A stretch of 64,000 bases of DNA from a virus. This document shows, piece after piece, positions 47,572 through 55,726 of this stretch; the first letter of the stretch is position 1, and each line of letters starts with the position of its first letter. The stretch is taken from the IMG/VR virus record IMGVR_UViG_3300028840_006907, positions 96,001 through 160,000 of that record; one strand, given 5' to 3'. A program made the position numbers and the translations under genes. The notes below the pieces were generated by a model, which did no database searches, was not told where the DNA came from, and saw only the letters and a program-made list of their open reading frames with translations.

Positions 47572-48599
47572 TTTACCACATGTTTAGAAGTGATTGTTTC
47601 TGCGAATTCTGGCCCCCTATCATAGTCATCAATCCATATGTTATCACAGTGCCGATTTCCTTTTTTCTCACTGCCGTACCATTGTGTCCTCCAATGTGCC
47701 TCAACTCTTATCTTATGATCCAGTTTCCATTTTCCGACACCTCCAGCTTGTTTGATACGAGTTATATCGTTATTCTTATCCTTTATATTTGAACCAACAA
47801 TAATAAATCTTTTGTTGGTAGCTTTTTCTTTCCTTTGTTCCAGTTTTCTTTTCTTGGTTTTATTTTTAATATTTTTTAATCTTGCATCAAAATCTAGTGG
47901 ATCATGGTTTTTTAAATCAGGTTTTTTGCTTGTGATATATAAAAGAGTGTTAAATACAAATTTTGCGAATTCTTCTAAATGATCAACATTTTTATATAAA
48001 TCATATTTATCTACTTCTTCCTTTTTTCTTTTTGTCTCATTTTCAATATAAATCTTTAATTGATCCTGAATTTTTCCAGGTTGCATTTCTATGTGGAAAT
48101 AAAAGGTGGTATCATTAAATGGTATGTCTGGTGTAGGTTTTAATAATGAACATGCCATTACTCTAATATGCTTTTCAGTATTGAAATCTCGAAGATAAAC
48201 GTAAAAACCATTTACAGGATGTTTACTTCCATCTATATCATTTATAGAAAAAAGACCTGGATCTATCTGTATAAAAATTTCTCTAAACGGGGATCTTAAG
48301 AAATAAGCATCAGTATTACAATTTGTTTGGGCTAGTCTTGCTGAAAGTTCTGGTGTTATATAGTATATCTGATCAGCATTATTTTTCATTTGATACATAT
48401 GAAAATATGTATTGTAAAAATGACTTATTCTTGCTGGTGAATCAAATTCAGTAAAAATAGAAGAAGTAGCATTACAAAATTGTTTGAATGTAGGATCAAA
48501 ACCAATATCGAGCATATTTTGTACTAGTATAGTTGGGGCTACTGTCTCTAGATGTTTAATAGCCAGTTCATAATGAGTTTTTGTGAAATACTTCTCCAT
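47568..48599 (-). CDS. hypothetical protein
   Basis: 343 aa ORF. Confidence 0.5.
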   Translation of the reverse strand: MEKYFTKTHYELAIKHLETVAPTILVQNMLDIGFDPTFKQFCNATSSIFTEFDSPARISHFYNTYFHMYQMKNNADQIYYITPELSARLAQTNCNTDAYFLRSPFREIFIQIDPGLFSINDIDGSKHPVNGFYVYLRDFNTEKHIRVMACSLLKPTPDIPFNDTTFYFHIEMQPGKIQDQLKIYIENETKRKKEEVDKYDLYKNVDHLEEFAKFVFNTLLYITSKKPDLKNHDPLDFDARLKNIKNKTKKRKLEQRKEKATNKRFIIVGSNIKDKNNDITRIKQAGGVGKWKLDHKIRVEAHWRTQWYGSEKKGNRHCDNIWIDDYDRGPEFAETITSKHVVK

Positions 48600-48763
48600 A
48601 ATAATTATACAAAGTTTATAAGGTGTTTCAATAAGAAAAAAATGATTTAATTTCTATTTAATCGTTTAATCAGCGATTATCTATTAATATAATTACCGTA
48701 TATAGAAAGTAATGTACTATAAAAATAAAGTGAAATACCATAAAAGCAAACAGAAATGATAAA

Positions 48764-49390
48764 ATGATTGAGACACTTTTTTATTTTTGCTATTATTCTT
48801 ATTTACTAGGTGACTTAAAAAGTACTGAGATGTACTATTCTCTATTGAGAAAAGAATTCAAAGAACATGGCCGAAAAGATTCATTAGAATCTCACCAATA
48901 CCGAGAATTGAAAAAAGTTAAAGATGCTCTTGATTCTGGAACCATATCCAAGAAGGAATGGGTAGCTGATAAAGTTATTGTACCCAAGATTAATTCAGAG
49001 ATAAAAATAAAACAAGATGAATTGGTCCGGAAGATCCATATGGAGGGGCTAGAACAGCTTAAAGTTATCTTGGATGATTGTGTGCAGATATATAATATTG
49101 AGCATCCTTGTGGCTCCTACGGGGCTGTAGATATGGTTTATAAAGGATTGAATACGATCTATCCGGTGGAAGTGAAACGAAGTCGGGGAGAACATGATTT
49201 AATTGGACAAATAGGAAAGTATGATTTATATCATCGTTTAAGGCTCCATTACAAACATTATAAACATGTTCAACCGGTAACGATATGTCATTCTTATCAG
49301 AAATTTGCTTTAAATGAGTTAAGACAAATGAGGGTTTTGACCTTAATTTATACCATAATTAATAAGAAAATTACTCTAAATGTAATATAA
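48764..49390 (+). CDS. hypothetical protein, possible PD-(D/E)xK nuclease fold
   Basis: 208 aa; AVDMVY...IYPVEVKRS resembles D...E.K motif. Confidence 0.4.
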   Translation: MIETLFYFCYYSYLLGDLKSTEMYYSLLRKEFKEHGRKDSLESHQYRELKKVKDALDSGTISKKEWVADKVIVPKINSEIKIKQDELVRKIHMEGLEQLKVILDDCVQIYNIEHPCGSYGAVDMVYKGLNTIYPVEVKRSRGEHDLIGQIGKYDLYHRLRLHYKHYKHVQPVTICHSYQKFALNELRQMRVLTLIYTIINKKITLNVI

Positions 49391-49402
49391 ATTACTTTTC
49401 TA

Positions 49403-49431
49403 TTGACTTTAAGATCATTTAGGGGTATATT
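49403..49431 (+). promoter_or_regulatory. sigma70-like promoter TTGACT-N17-TATATT
   Basis: Near-consensus -35/-10. Confidence 0.5.
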
Positions 49432-49487
49432 TAAATTAAATTACCTTTTGTTAGAAAACGATAATTTCTAAAGAGTGTGTCAAAGAA

Positions 49488-49565
49488 ATGCTGAGAATGA
49501 CTTTTAATAGTAACCCAAATCCACAACCAAAGAATTTGCTATTCGTTGGGGTTGTTATGATATAG
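49488..49565 (+). CDS. micro-ORF (25 aa) with NPNPQP motif
   Basis: MLRMTFNSNPNPQPKNLLFVGVVMI between promoter and terminator. Confidence 0.35.
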   Translation: MLRMTFNSNPNPQPKNLLFVGVVMI

Positions 49566-49592
49566 TCATAATCTCTACCTTGGATCAGGAAA

Positions 49593-49628
49593 AGCCCCGG
49601 CAAATGAGAGTTCTCCGGGGCTTTTCTT
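49593..49628 (+). terminator. rho-independent terminator / conserved hairpin (copy 1)
   Basis: GCCCCGG-caaatgagagttct-CCGGGGC then TTTT. Confidence 0.6.
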
Positions 49629-49646
49629 ATTTAATAATGTACTAAT

Positions 49647-49979
49647 ATGAAATTCGGTTCTATCACAGGTTTTTATAAGGGAAGGATAGAACTTATGAAT
49701 AAAGTATCTTGGGATGAGTATAATAGTATGGTAAATTCAGCAATTGATAGTGGGTATCCTTATGCTAGTGGTATTTTAATAGCTGAATTAGAATCCATAG
49801 CTAAGAATCTAACTCATCAAAATAAAAAGATAGAGGAAACATTAGTAAAAGAAGATAAGGATAAATTGGAAATTAGATTGGAATCAGTAAAGTCATGGAA
49901 TAAAGATACTATTGAGGGTATCGAAAGAGCTATTAAAAAAGCTGATGAAGCAGTAAAAAAATTAAGTGTTGACATTTAA
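49647..49979 (+). CDS. hypothetical protein
   Basis: 110 aa ORF. Confidence 0.45.
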   Translation: MKFGSITGFYKGRIELMNKVSWDEYNSMVNSAIDSGYPYASGILIAELESIAKNLTHQNKKIEETLVKEDKDKLEIRLESVKSWNKDTIEGIERAIKKADEAVKKLSVDI

Positions 49980-49997
49980 TACAATTTGTGGTATCTT
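49969..49997 (+). promoter_or_regulatory. possible promoter TTGACA-N17-TATCTT
   Basis: Consensus -35, weak -10. Confidence 0.35.
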
Positions 49998-50035
49998 TAA
50001 ATTTACATAGTTTTTATTATAAGGAAAGTTTTAAA

Positions 50036-50110
50036 ATGTTGTTTACAAAAATACTCAATAATAACCCGCAACCTAATCAACCAACGAATATTTATTTGTC
50101 GGGGGCCTGA
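50036..50110 (+). CDS. micro-ORF (24 aa) with NNNPQPNQP motif
   Basis: MLFTKILNNNPQPNQPTNIYLSGA; RBS AAGGAAAG. Confidence 0.35.
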   Translation: MLFTKILNNNPQPNQPTNIYLSGA

Positions 50111-50141
50111 GTATTGTCCAAAAGTTAAACTGAAATCACAA

Positions 50142-50178
50142 CCCCCGGCGAATGAGAGTTCACCGGGGGTTTTTATTT
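50142..50178 (+). terminator. rho-independent terminator / conserved hairpin (copy 2)
   Basis: CCCCCGG-cgaatgagagttca-CCGGGGG then TTTTTATTTTT. Confidence 0.6.
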
Positions 50179-50179
50179 T

Positions 50180-50255
50180 TGGGATGTCGCCTAACGGTAT
50201 GGCACCTGACTCTGGCTCAGGAATAATCAGGGTTCAAGTCCTTGCATCCCAGCCA
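50180..50255 (+). tRNA. tRNA-Gln (anticodon CTG)
   Basis: U1:A72 acceptor TGGGATG/CATCCCA, loop CTCTGGC, CCA. Confidence 0.8.
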
Positions 50256-50279
50256 ATTAACTTTAGGAAACAACAATAA

Positions 50280-50353
50280 CGGGGTGTGGCCTAGTCTGGT
50301 AAGGCGTCTGCTTCGGGAGTAGAAAATCGGAGGTTCAAATCCTCTCATCCCGA
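50280..50353 (+). tRNA. tRNA-Pro (anticodon CGG)
   Basis: C1:G72 acceptor CGGGGTG/CATCCCG, loop TTCGGGA. Confidence 0.8.
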
Positions 50354-50371
50354 TTAATAAAGGTAAAAATT

Positions 50372-50926
50372 ATGAGACCCATGATATATCCTAAAAAGAA
50401 TAGGAAAATAAAAAGACCACGAAGATCGAGACCATTAAAAAGATGTGTTCATATTGATGGAAAAGAATGGAGGTGGGAAACAACAGGTCACTGGGATAGT
50501 GATGCAGGTAGTTATGGTTGTTTAACTGATCAGAGCGTTAAAATACTTTCTCCTGATAATAAATTTTTTTCTATACGTGCTCATGAAGTAATGAAATGTG
50601 AACCGATAAGATGGGAATGTTGTGTTGGTGAAAAATTAATAACAGTTTTACCGGGGAAAGTAAAACAGTATATAATAGATAATTTAATTGATCATGATAT
50701 TTCAAGATCGTTAAGGAGACGCATTCATATAGATGGTAGAGAATGGGGTTGGCAGTTTAGTAAAGGAAATCCTGCATATCAGCTCTGTGGAGTATCTGTC
50801 CGTTCTCCTGATAATCGGTATTTATGGATTTATGCAAAAGAGTTAGGATACGAGATTAAACCATCAGTAATTAAAAAGTATATAATTGATAATTTATTAT
50901 ATCGGGGTATAGCGCAGCCTGGTTAG
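50372..50926 (+). CDS. hypothetical protein with internal duplicated ~75-aa module
   Basis: 184 aa; repeats HIDG(K/R)EW(R/G)W...SPDN(K/R)...YIIDNL; 3' end overlaps tRNA-Pro. Confidence 0.45.
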   Translation: MRPMIYPKKNRKIKRPRRSRPLKRCVHIDGKEWRWETTGHWDSDAGSYGCLTDQSVKILSPDNKFFSIRAHEVMKCEPIRWECCVGEKLITVLPGKVKQYIIDNLIDHDISRSLRRRIHIDGREWGWQFSKGNPAYQLCGVSVRSPDNRYLWIYAKELGYEIKPSVIKKYIIDNLLYRGIAQPG

Positions 50927-50979
50927 CGCGTCTGAATGGGGTTCAGAAGGTCGCCAGTTCAACTCTGGCTACCCCGACC
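50902..50979 (+). tRNA. tRNA-Pro (anticodon GGG)
   Basis: C1:G72 acceptor CGGGGTA/TACCCCG, loop ATGGGGT, CCA. Confidence 0.8.
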
Positions 50980-50998
50980 AAAGTTCTTTGAAAATTAT

Positions 50999-51274
50999 GG
51001 GGGTGTGGCAGAAGGGATATGCAGTCCTCAAAAAGTAGACAGGTCTGGGTAAAACCGGGTCATTACAGGAAGTTTGTATTCGCTACTGAAACGAAACAAA
51101 GGGAAGGTAGTGTAACGCTTACGGACTGGTGCTTGCAAGGGTTTACGGAAGACACTGACACGTTGCCTGGGATCTGGAGACAGCCCAGGAGGGTTTGTAA
51201 ATAACGGCAGGAAGTCCTTTTTCCCAATAGTGAGCTTTGGATGACTTATGCCGGTTCGAATCCGGTCACCTCCA
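50999..51274 (+). other. tRNA-like ends (acceptor GGGGGTG/CACCTCC, T-arm GCCGGTTCGAATCCGGT) enclosing ~200-nt GC-rich insert; unresolved structured RNA or intron-containing tRNA
   Basis: Acceptor complementarity and canonical T-arm at 3' end; no normal anticodon arm found by hand; GC content far above surroundings. Confidence 0.4.
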
Positions 51275-51360
51275 TCAAAATAAATTAAATAGATAGATAG
51301 GCAAACTGGCAAGCCATTTGGTTGTAATAGAAAATGTGTAGCAAGATCATAAAGACATAC

Positions 51361-51632
51361 TGGAGTGTAGCTCAGTGGCAGAGCGGGTGGCTGTCTTGGT
51401 TGGCAGCTCTTATAGGAAACTGTAAGATGAAAACTCGGTGAATTCAGGGAAACCTAAGTCTTAAACAGATATGGCAATCCTGAGCGAAGCCTTGAGAAAG
51501 GAACGTGCAGAGACTTATAGCGCCGAGCACCTAAGGTGAAAACTATGGTGATGAGATAGTCCAGGCCCTTGGGAAATCAGGGGAATTACTGTAACCACTT
51601 GGTCGGGGGTTCAAATCCCTCCACTCCAGCCA
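51361..51632 (+). tRNA. tRNA-Asn (anticodon GTT) interrupted by a group I intron
   Basis: Exon 1 51361-51394 (TGGAGTG...GGTGG-CTGT), exon 2 51592-51632 (TAA-CCACT...CACTCCAGCCA); spliced loop CTGTTAA; U1:A72 as in bacterial tRNA-Asn. Confidence 0.7.
51395..51591 (+). ncRNA. group I intron (~197 nt) in tRNA-Asn anticodon loop
   Basis: 5' exon ends in U; IGS GGCAG pairs with exon CUGU; R-like GCAGAGACTTATAGCG and S-like GAGATAGTCC elements; terminal G before exon 2. Confidence 0.65.
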
Positions 51633-51683
51633 ATTTTAAAGGGTCCTAGAGGAATTTACTTTAAAGAAAAGGAGAAAAATTAA

Positions 51684-51884
51684 ATGAGTAAAGATGAGAA
51701 ACCTGATTATTCGAAAGATTTCGATACATGTCCTTGGTGTAATAAAATACCAAAAGTATCGAAACATTTCAGATATGATGAATGGCAACTGATCCATCGT
51801 TGTGATAAATTACTTACTGTAATTAGTATGGATTGGACTGAATTAGATAGTCTTAAAAATCGATGGAATCGACCTAAGAAATGA
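51684..51884 (+). CDS. hypothetical protein
   Basis: 66 aa ORF; CPWCNK. Confidence 0.4.
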   Translation: MSKDEKPDYSKDFDTCPWCNKIPKVSKHFRYDEWQLIHRCDKLLTVISMDWTELDSLKNRWNRPKK

Positions 51885-52156
51885 CAGAATGTACTATATG
51901 TGAAAGAGAAACTCCTGAGAAATATGTGGAGAAACATCACTTGACTCCTTGTAGCCGAGGAGGAAAGGATAAGGAGAAAACACTTACTTGTATTGATTGC
52001 GGAGATCAGGTACATCGATTATTTACGAATAAAGAATTGGAGAGAGACTATTATACACTCGAAAAATTATTAGCTCATCCTAAAATCCAGAAATGGAAGA
52101 AATGGGTTAAGAATAAGAGATTCGGGATATGTATGAAACGAAAAAAGAAGAGATAA
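51881..52156 (+). CDS. small HNH-type endonuclease-like protein
   Basis: 91 aa; CTICE...EKHHLTPCSRGG...CIDCGDQVH. Confidence 0.5.
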   Translation: MTECTICERETPEKYVEKHHLTPCSRGGKDKEKTLTCIDCGDQVHRLFTNKELERDYYTLEKLLAHPKIQKWKKWVKNKRFGICMKRKKKR

Positions 52157-52163
52157 TATATAA

Positions 52164-52239
52164 CGGGCGGTCGCCTAATCTGGTATGGCACCACATTTGG
52201 GATGTGGAATAACTGGAAGTTCAAATCTTCTCCGCCCGA
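52164..52239 (+). tRNA. tRNA-Pro (anticodon TGG)
   Basis: C1:G72 acceptor CGGGCGG/CCGCCCG, loop TTTGGGA. Confidence 0.8.
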
Positions 52240-52253
52240 TATATTTTTAAATC

Positions 52254-52329
52254 AATAAGTTACTGGGATGTAGTTCAGTTGAAAGAACACCGGAATTTGG
52301 ATCCGGGGGTCGCAGGTTTGAGCCCTGCC
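52254..52329 (+). tRNA. tRNA-Gln (anticodon TTG)
   Basis: U1:A72 acceptor TGGGATG/CATCCCA, loop ATTTGGA, CCA. Confidence 0.8.
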
Positions 52330-52537
52330 ATCCCAGCCATTTAATTTTTTTATCAATATATTTACCACAAAGACGTATATTATTTATACAACTTAAAAAT
52401 AGGAATAATATATGACATAGATAAAAATACCACCCTAGATCCTCAAAATATTCAAACCTCCTTAAAACACGGTTATTATACCAAATGGTGTTATACCAAA
52501 CAGTACAATATTCATTCATTTAAACAGGAGAATAACC

Positions 52538-52837
52538 GTGATCAAAAATAGAAAATTTTTAAAATTTGAATTAAAATTAGAAGCTCAAAAATTACGAAAA
52601 ATCAAGACTGATATTAAAACCAAGCAGAGAGCTGGCCAGTATGCCGGTCATGAACAGTCCGAATTATTGACTCTTAAATGGAATTACCGCCATCGATTTA
52701 TTGCTTATTGTATGATGCGGGGTAGAGAATATAAGCAAATCGAAAGAACATGTAGAGTTGAACCAAATCATGACTGGGTAAAGGAGATCATCAATGAATA
52801 CTCCCCGCAAAAAGAAACTATACGTGCTTCTGCGTAA
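52538..52837 (+). CDS. hypothetical protein
   Basis: 99 aa ORF. Confidence 0.4.
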   Translation: MIKNRKFLKFELKLEAQKLRKIKTDIKTKQRAGQYAGHEQSELLTLKWNYRHRFIAYCMMRGREYKQIERTCRVEPNHDWVKEIINEYSPQKETIRASA

Positions 52838-53108
52838 AGATTTGGATGAAACTTATCGATGTGTTCAAGGAGGCCATGCTATTGCTGAGTATTCTCTAAA
52901 GGATTACCAGTCATTTAAAGAATGGGCAAATGGAACTCTGATTTATCTTGGAGTACCTGATTTAAAAGCTTTGGAATTATGGTTGCTCAAATTGGAACGG
53001 AAAAATATTTTTCATATCAGGTTTCATGAACCCGATCTTGGGAATGAGTTAACATCGGTAGCTTGTATAAATACAGGGAAAATTTTTAAAAGTCTTCCTC
53101 TTGCTTAA
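52794..53108 (+). CDS. possible PTH2-like peptidyl-tRNA hydrolase
   Basis: 104 aa; KLYVLLRKDLDE...GGHAIAEY weakly resembles PTH2 family. Confidence 0.35.
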   Translation: MNTPRKKKLYVLLRKDLDETYRCVQGGHAIAEYSLKDYQSFKEWANGTLIYLGVPDLKALELWLLKLERKNIFHIRFHEPDLGNELTSVACINTGKIFKSLPLA

Positions 53109-53115
53109 AGTTACA

Positions 53116-53189
53116 GCGCCTGAGGCTCTGAGGTGAGCAACTTGGACTCTAAATCCAAGTTTTTCAGGGTTCGACTCCCTACAGGCGCA
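53116..53189 (+). tRNA. suppressor tRNA (anticodon CTA, reads UAG)
   Basis: Hand fold: acceptor GCGCCTG/CAGGCGC, anticodon stem TTGGA/TCCAA, loop CTCTAAA (U33, CUA, A37), T-loop TTCGACT. Confidence 0.65.
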
Positions 53190-53287
53190 TTATAACTATA
53201 ATCTTTCCAACATTTTAAATTTTTAGTTATCACAATCATCTCTCAATCTTGTATAATATATAAGGGAAAAATTTAAGGAGATATAAA

Positions 53288-54022
53288 GTGATAATAATTT
53301 CTAAATTCCATGATTATTACGATAGTGGAATGACATATGGTATTGATAAAGAATTGAGGTTTATAAGAAAAACTGAAAAAATAGATAAACAATTGGAGAT
53401 ACCTGAAAAGATTACTGAATTAATGAAAGATTTGCCTAAGGTTTATGATTATTATAGAAGTCAACAATTTACAGCTCAACCTTTTATAATAATTTTCTGT
53501 GGTCAGGTTCATCTGGGGTATCATTTTTTTAATTTGAAAGATCCTAAGGATAAGAACTATTATGTGCGTCATACAGATCCAGATATCTATACATATGATT
53601 TGCCTTCAGTAGAAAAAGTGATTCAGAAATACGAACCGGAGATGTTCAAAACGTTTCGTAATAAAGATACACTCTTTCACCGTATCCTACCTTCATTCAA
53701 ATATGACGTTCTGGAAAGAGCATTCAAAAAATTCGAAGACAAGAAAATGGATGTCGGGATTCATCTGGATGAAGAATCCCCGATCCTATATCTTGGATAT
53801 GATGACAGAGATTTTATTTACATAAAGAATCCTGTTCTTCGGAAACTTCAATTTTTTAAAAAGGTTAATTCATTTACAGCTTTCCAGAATATCTCAATGT
53901 TTATAGGAGGAATTTGTAGCAAGACTTTCCCTCCCACCGTGGAACTCAGTGAAAAAGACAGAATCGGAAAACAAGGATTTGACAAGTGGTCTTTCAGAAA
54001 GAAGGGGGAAAATTCAAAATGA
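53288..54022 (+). CDS. hypothetical protein
   Basis: 244 aa ORF. Confidence 0.5.
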   Translation: MIIISKFHDYYDSGMTYGIDKELRFIRKTEKIDKQLEIPEKITELMKDLPKVYDYYRSQQFTAQPFIIIFCGQVHLGYHFFNLKDPKDKNYYVRHTDPDIYTYDLPSVEKVIQKYEPEMFKTFRNKDTLFHRILPSFKYDVLERAFKKFEDKKMDVGIHLDEESPILYLGYDDRDFIYIKNPVLRKLQFFKKVNSFTAFQNISMFIGGICSKTFPPTVELSEKDRIGKQGFDKWSFRKKGENSK

Positions 54023-54290
54023 ATTTATTAGTAGCAGTAACAGGAGGATTCAATTTGTTTCATTGAAAATGCTATGGAACATTGTAGTGTAGAAGATCGT
54101 AAGAATGTTTATTATAATAATGCAGATAAAATATTGGATGGGGTTTATTTAGATAGATAAAGAAGAGTTTTAAATACATATATTTGAAATTGAAATACCC
54201 ATATTCGAAATTCATGAATCTTGAATATGGGTATTTTAATTATTTATTGATATTTCCATTAATTATAAACCTTAACTAGGAAGATGTATT

Positions 54291-54563
54291 ATGGCCGATA
54301 AAAAAACCGAAAAGAAGAAGTTTAATTGTGAGGTATTATTAGCACTTGATGAGAAGATAGGCCGAGGCAATATAGTCAGGTTACAAGTAGTGCGTTGGAA
54401 TAATTATTCCCCGGTTCTGGAAAAACGGGAGTATTACCAGAAGGATGATGAAGAAAGAACTGGGAAAGCCAAAGGTTTTAATCATGAAGATTTTGAAATG
54501 ATCCTAGAAAATGCAGATAAAATTCAGAAACTCCTTGAAAAGGAGTTTAAAGATAAAAAATAA
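54291..54563 (+). CDS. hypothetical protein
   Basis: 90 aa ORF. Confidence 0.4.
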   Translation: MADKKTEKKKFNCEVLLALDEKIGRGNIVRLQVVRWNNYSPVLEKREYYQKDDEERTGKAKGFNHEDFEMILENADKIQKLLEKEFKDKK

Positions 54564-54580
54564 AATAAAGGTTAGTTTAT

Positions 54581-54763
54581 ATGAGTATCGAGATTGTCGT
54601 AGCTGAATTAACACAAGGACTCAAAACTTTTCAATCAATCCATGGAGTTGATGACGAAGCAATGGTTGATGTTCTTACAGAGTGTGCCGAAATGTATAAA
54701 CGTAAAAAATTAGCAAAGGAAATGATGAAAAATAAAGATATAGTGACTGAACCTATTACTTAG
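54581..54763 (+). CDS. hypothetical protein
   Basis: 60 aa ORF. Confidence 0.35.
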   Translation: MSIEIVVAELTQGLKTFQSIHGVDDEAMVDVLTECAEMYKRKKLAKEMMKNKDIVTEPIT

Positions 54764-55454
54764 ATTTCTTTTCTTTATATTTGCTAAAGAGACCCATAAA
54801 AAGCGTCCAGAGTAATTTCAAGGCGTTATTCCTGACGTATTTTATTATTAATTCAATACCTTTCTTTTCGATATATAATTCAAATTCCTTTTCAAAAGTT
54901 TCTGTTCTATCCTTTATTGATTTTTTCCATACTTCAACCATTTCATTCAGATTGGTTTTACGTTCTTCAATCTCTTCTCGAATAGAATCTATTACCTCTT
55001 CTTTTTTATTACCTATTTCACTCAACAGGTCACTTAAATTTTTATCAATATCATTTTTGACATTCTTTAAAGCATCCTCTAGGAAACCTTGACCTTCATC
55101 CAATATCTTTCTGAGATTGTTATAGACTTCTCCCAATTCCCCTGTCTTGGTATCAGTTTTTCCCAAGAATTCCTTAACATTCTGGAGCTTTTCATCCATA
55201 TTACCAAGGTTGAGCTTTTCCATTGATTTTCTAATTTTTTCTGCTTTATCTTCTTGAATAGCCATATATTCTGCTAAATAATCTACTATTTTGTTTATTT
55301 TAAGTTTTGATTCAGAAAAATCAGGTTTTAGTTTTTCAACTTCCTCTTGTAATTCTTCTAAAAACATTTCACGGATTTTCTGAAGGGCTCCTTCCATTGC
55401 CCCACCGTTTGATGAGACACTGTTAAGTAGGTTCTTAAATTTCTTTTTATTCAT
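54756..55454 (-). CDS. coiled-coil protein
   Basis: 232 aa; E/K/L-rich heptad-like sequence. Confidence 0.5.
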   Translation of the reverse strand: MNKKKFKNLLNSVSSNGGAMEGALQKIREMFLEELQEEVEKLKPDFSESKLKINKIVDYLAEYMAIQEDKAEKIRKSMEKLNLGNMDEKLQNVKEFLGKTDTKTGELGEVYNNLRKILDEGQGFLEDALKNVKNDIDKNLSDLLSEIGNKKEEVIDSIREEIEERKTNLNEMVEVWKKSIKDRTETFEKEFELYIEKKGIELIIKYVRNNALKLLWTLFMGLFSKYKEKKSK

Positions 55455-55726
55455 GATTTCCTTTCTATTATTGTTATTTTTCTTACTTTGAGTTTCGGTC
55501 CTGGTACAACTTTGGCTGGTATTGGTATTTGTTCATGATACCATTCTATAAATCTTTCATCGTTTATATCAAAAATAAGCCCATCAGAGATAACAATATC
55601 AGGTTTATTTGATTTACTATCTGAAGTACCAATATGGACAGGATGGGTATATTCTTTTTCTGATGTTTGAACTTTTTCAGTTACCCAATAATATCCGTTT
55701 TTTTCAGGAGCTTTCTTTGTCCACAT
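55451..55726 (-). CDS. hypothetical protein
   Basis: 91 aa ORF, overlap-coupled in minus-strand gene block. Confidence 0.4.
   Translation of the reverse strand: MWTKKAPEKNGYYWVTEKVQTSEKEYTHPVHIGTSDSKSNKPDIVISDGLIFDINDERFIEWYHEQIPIPAKVVPGPKLKVRKITIIERKS

Noticed and set aside
51019-51312. ORFs 51019-51204 (+) and 51028-51312 (-)
   Set aside because: Both lie inside the GC-rich core of the tRNA-like element 50999-51274; likely stop-free by composition, not coding.
52247-52519. Minus-strand ORF 90 aa
   Set aside because: Antisense to tRNA-Gln(TTG).
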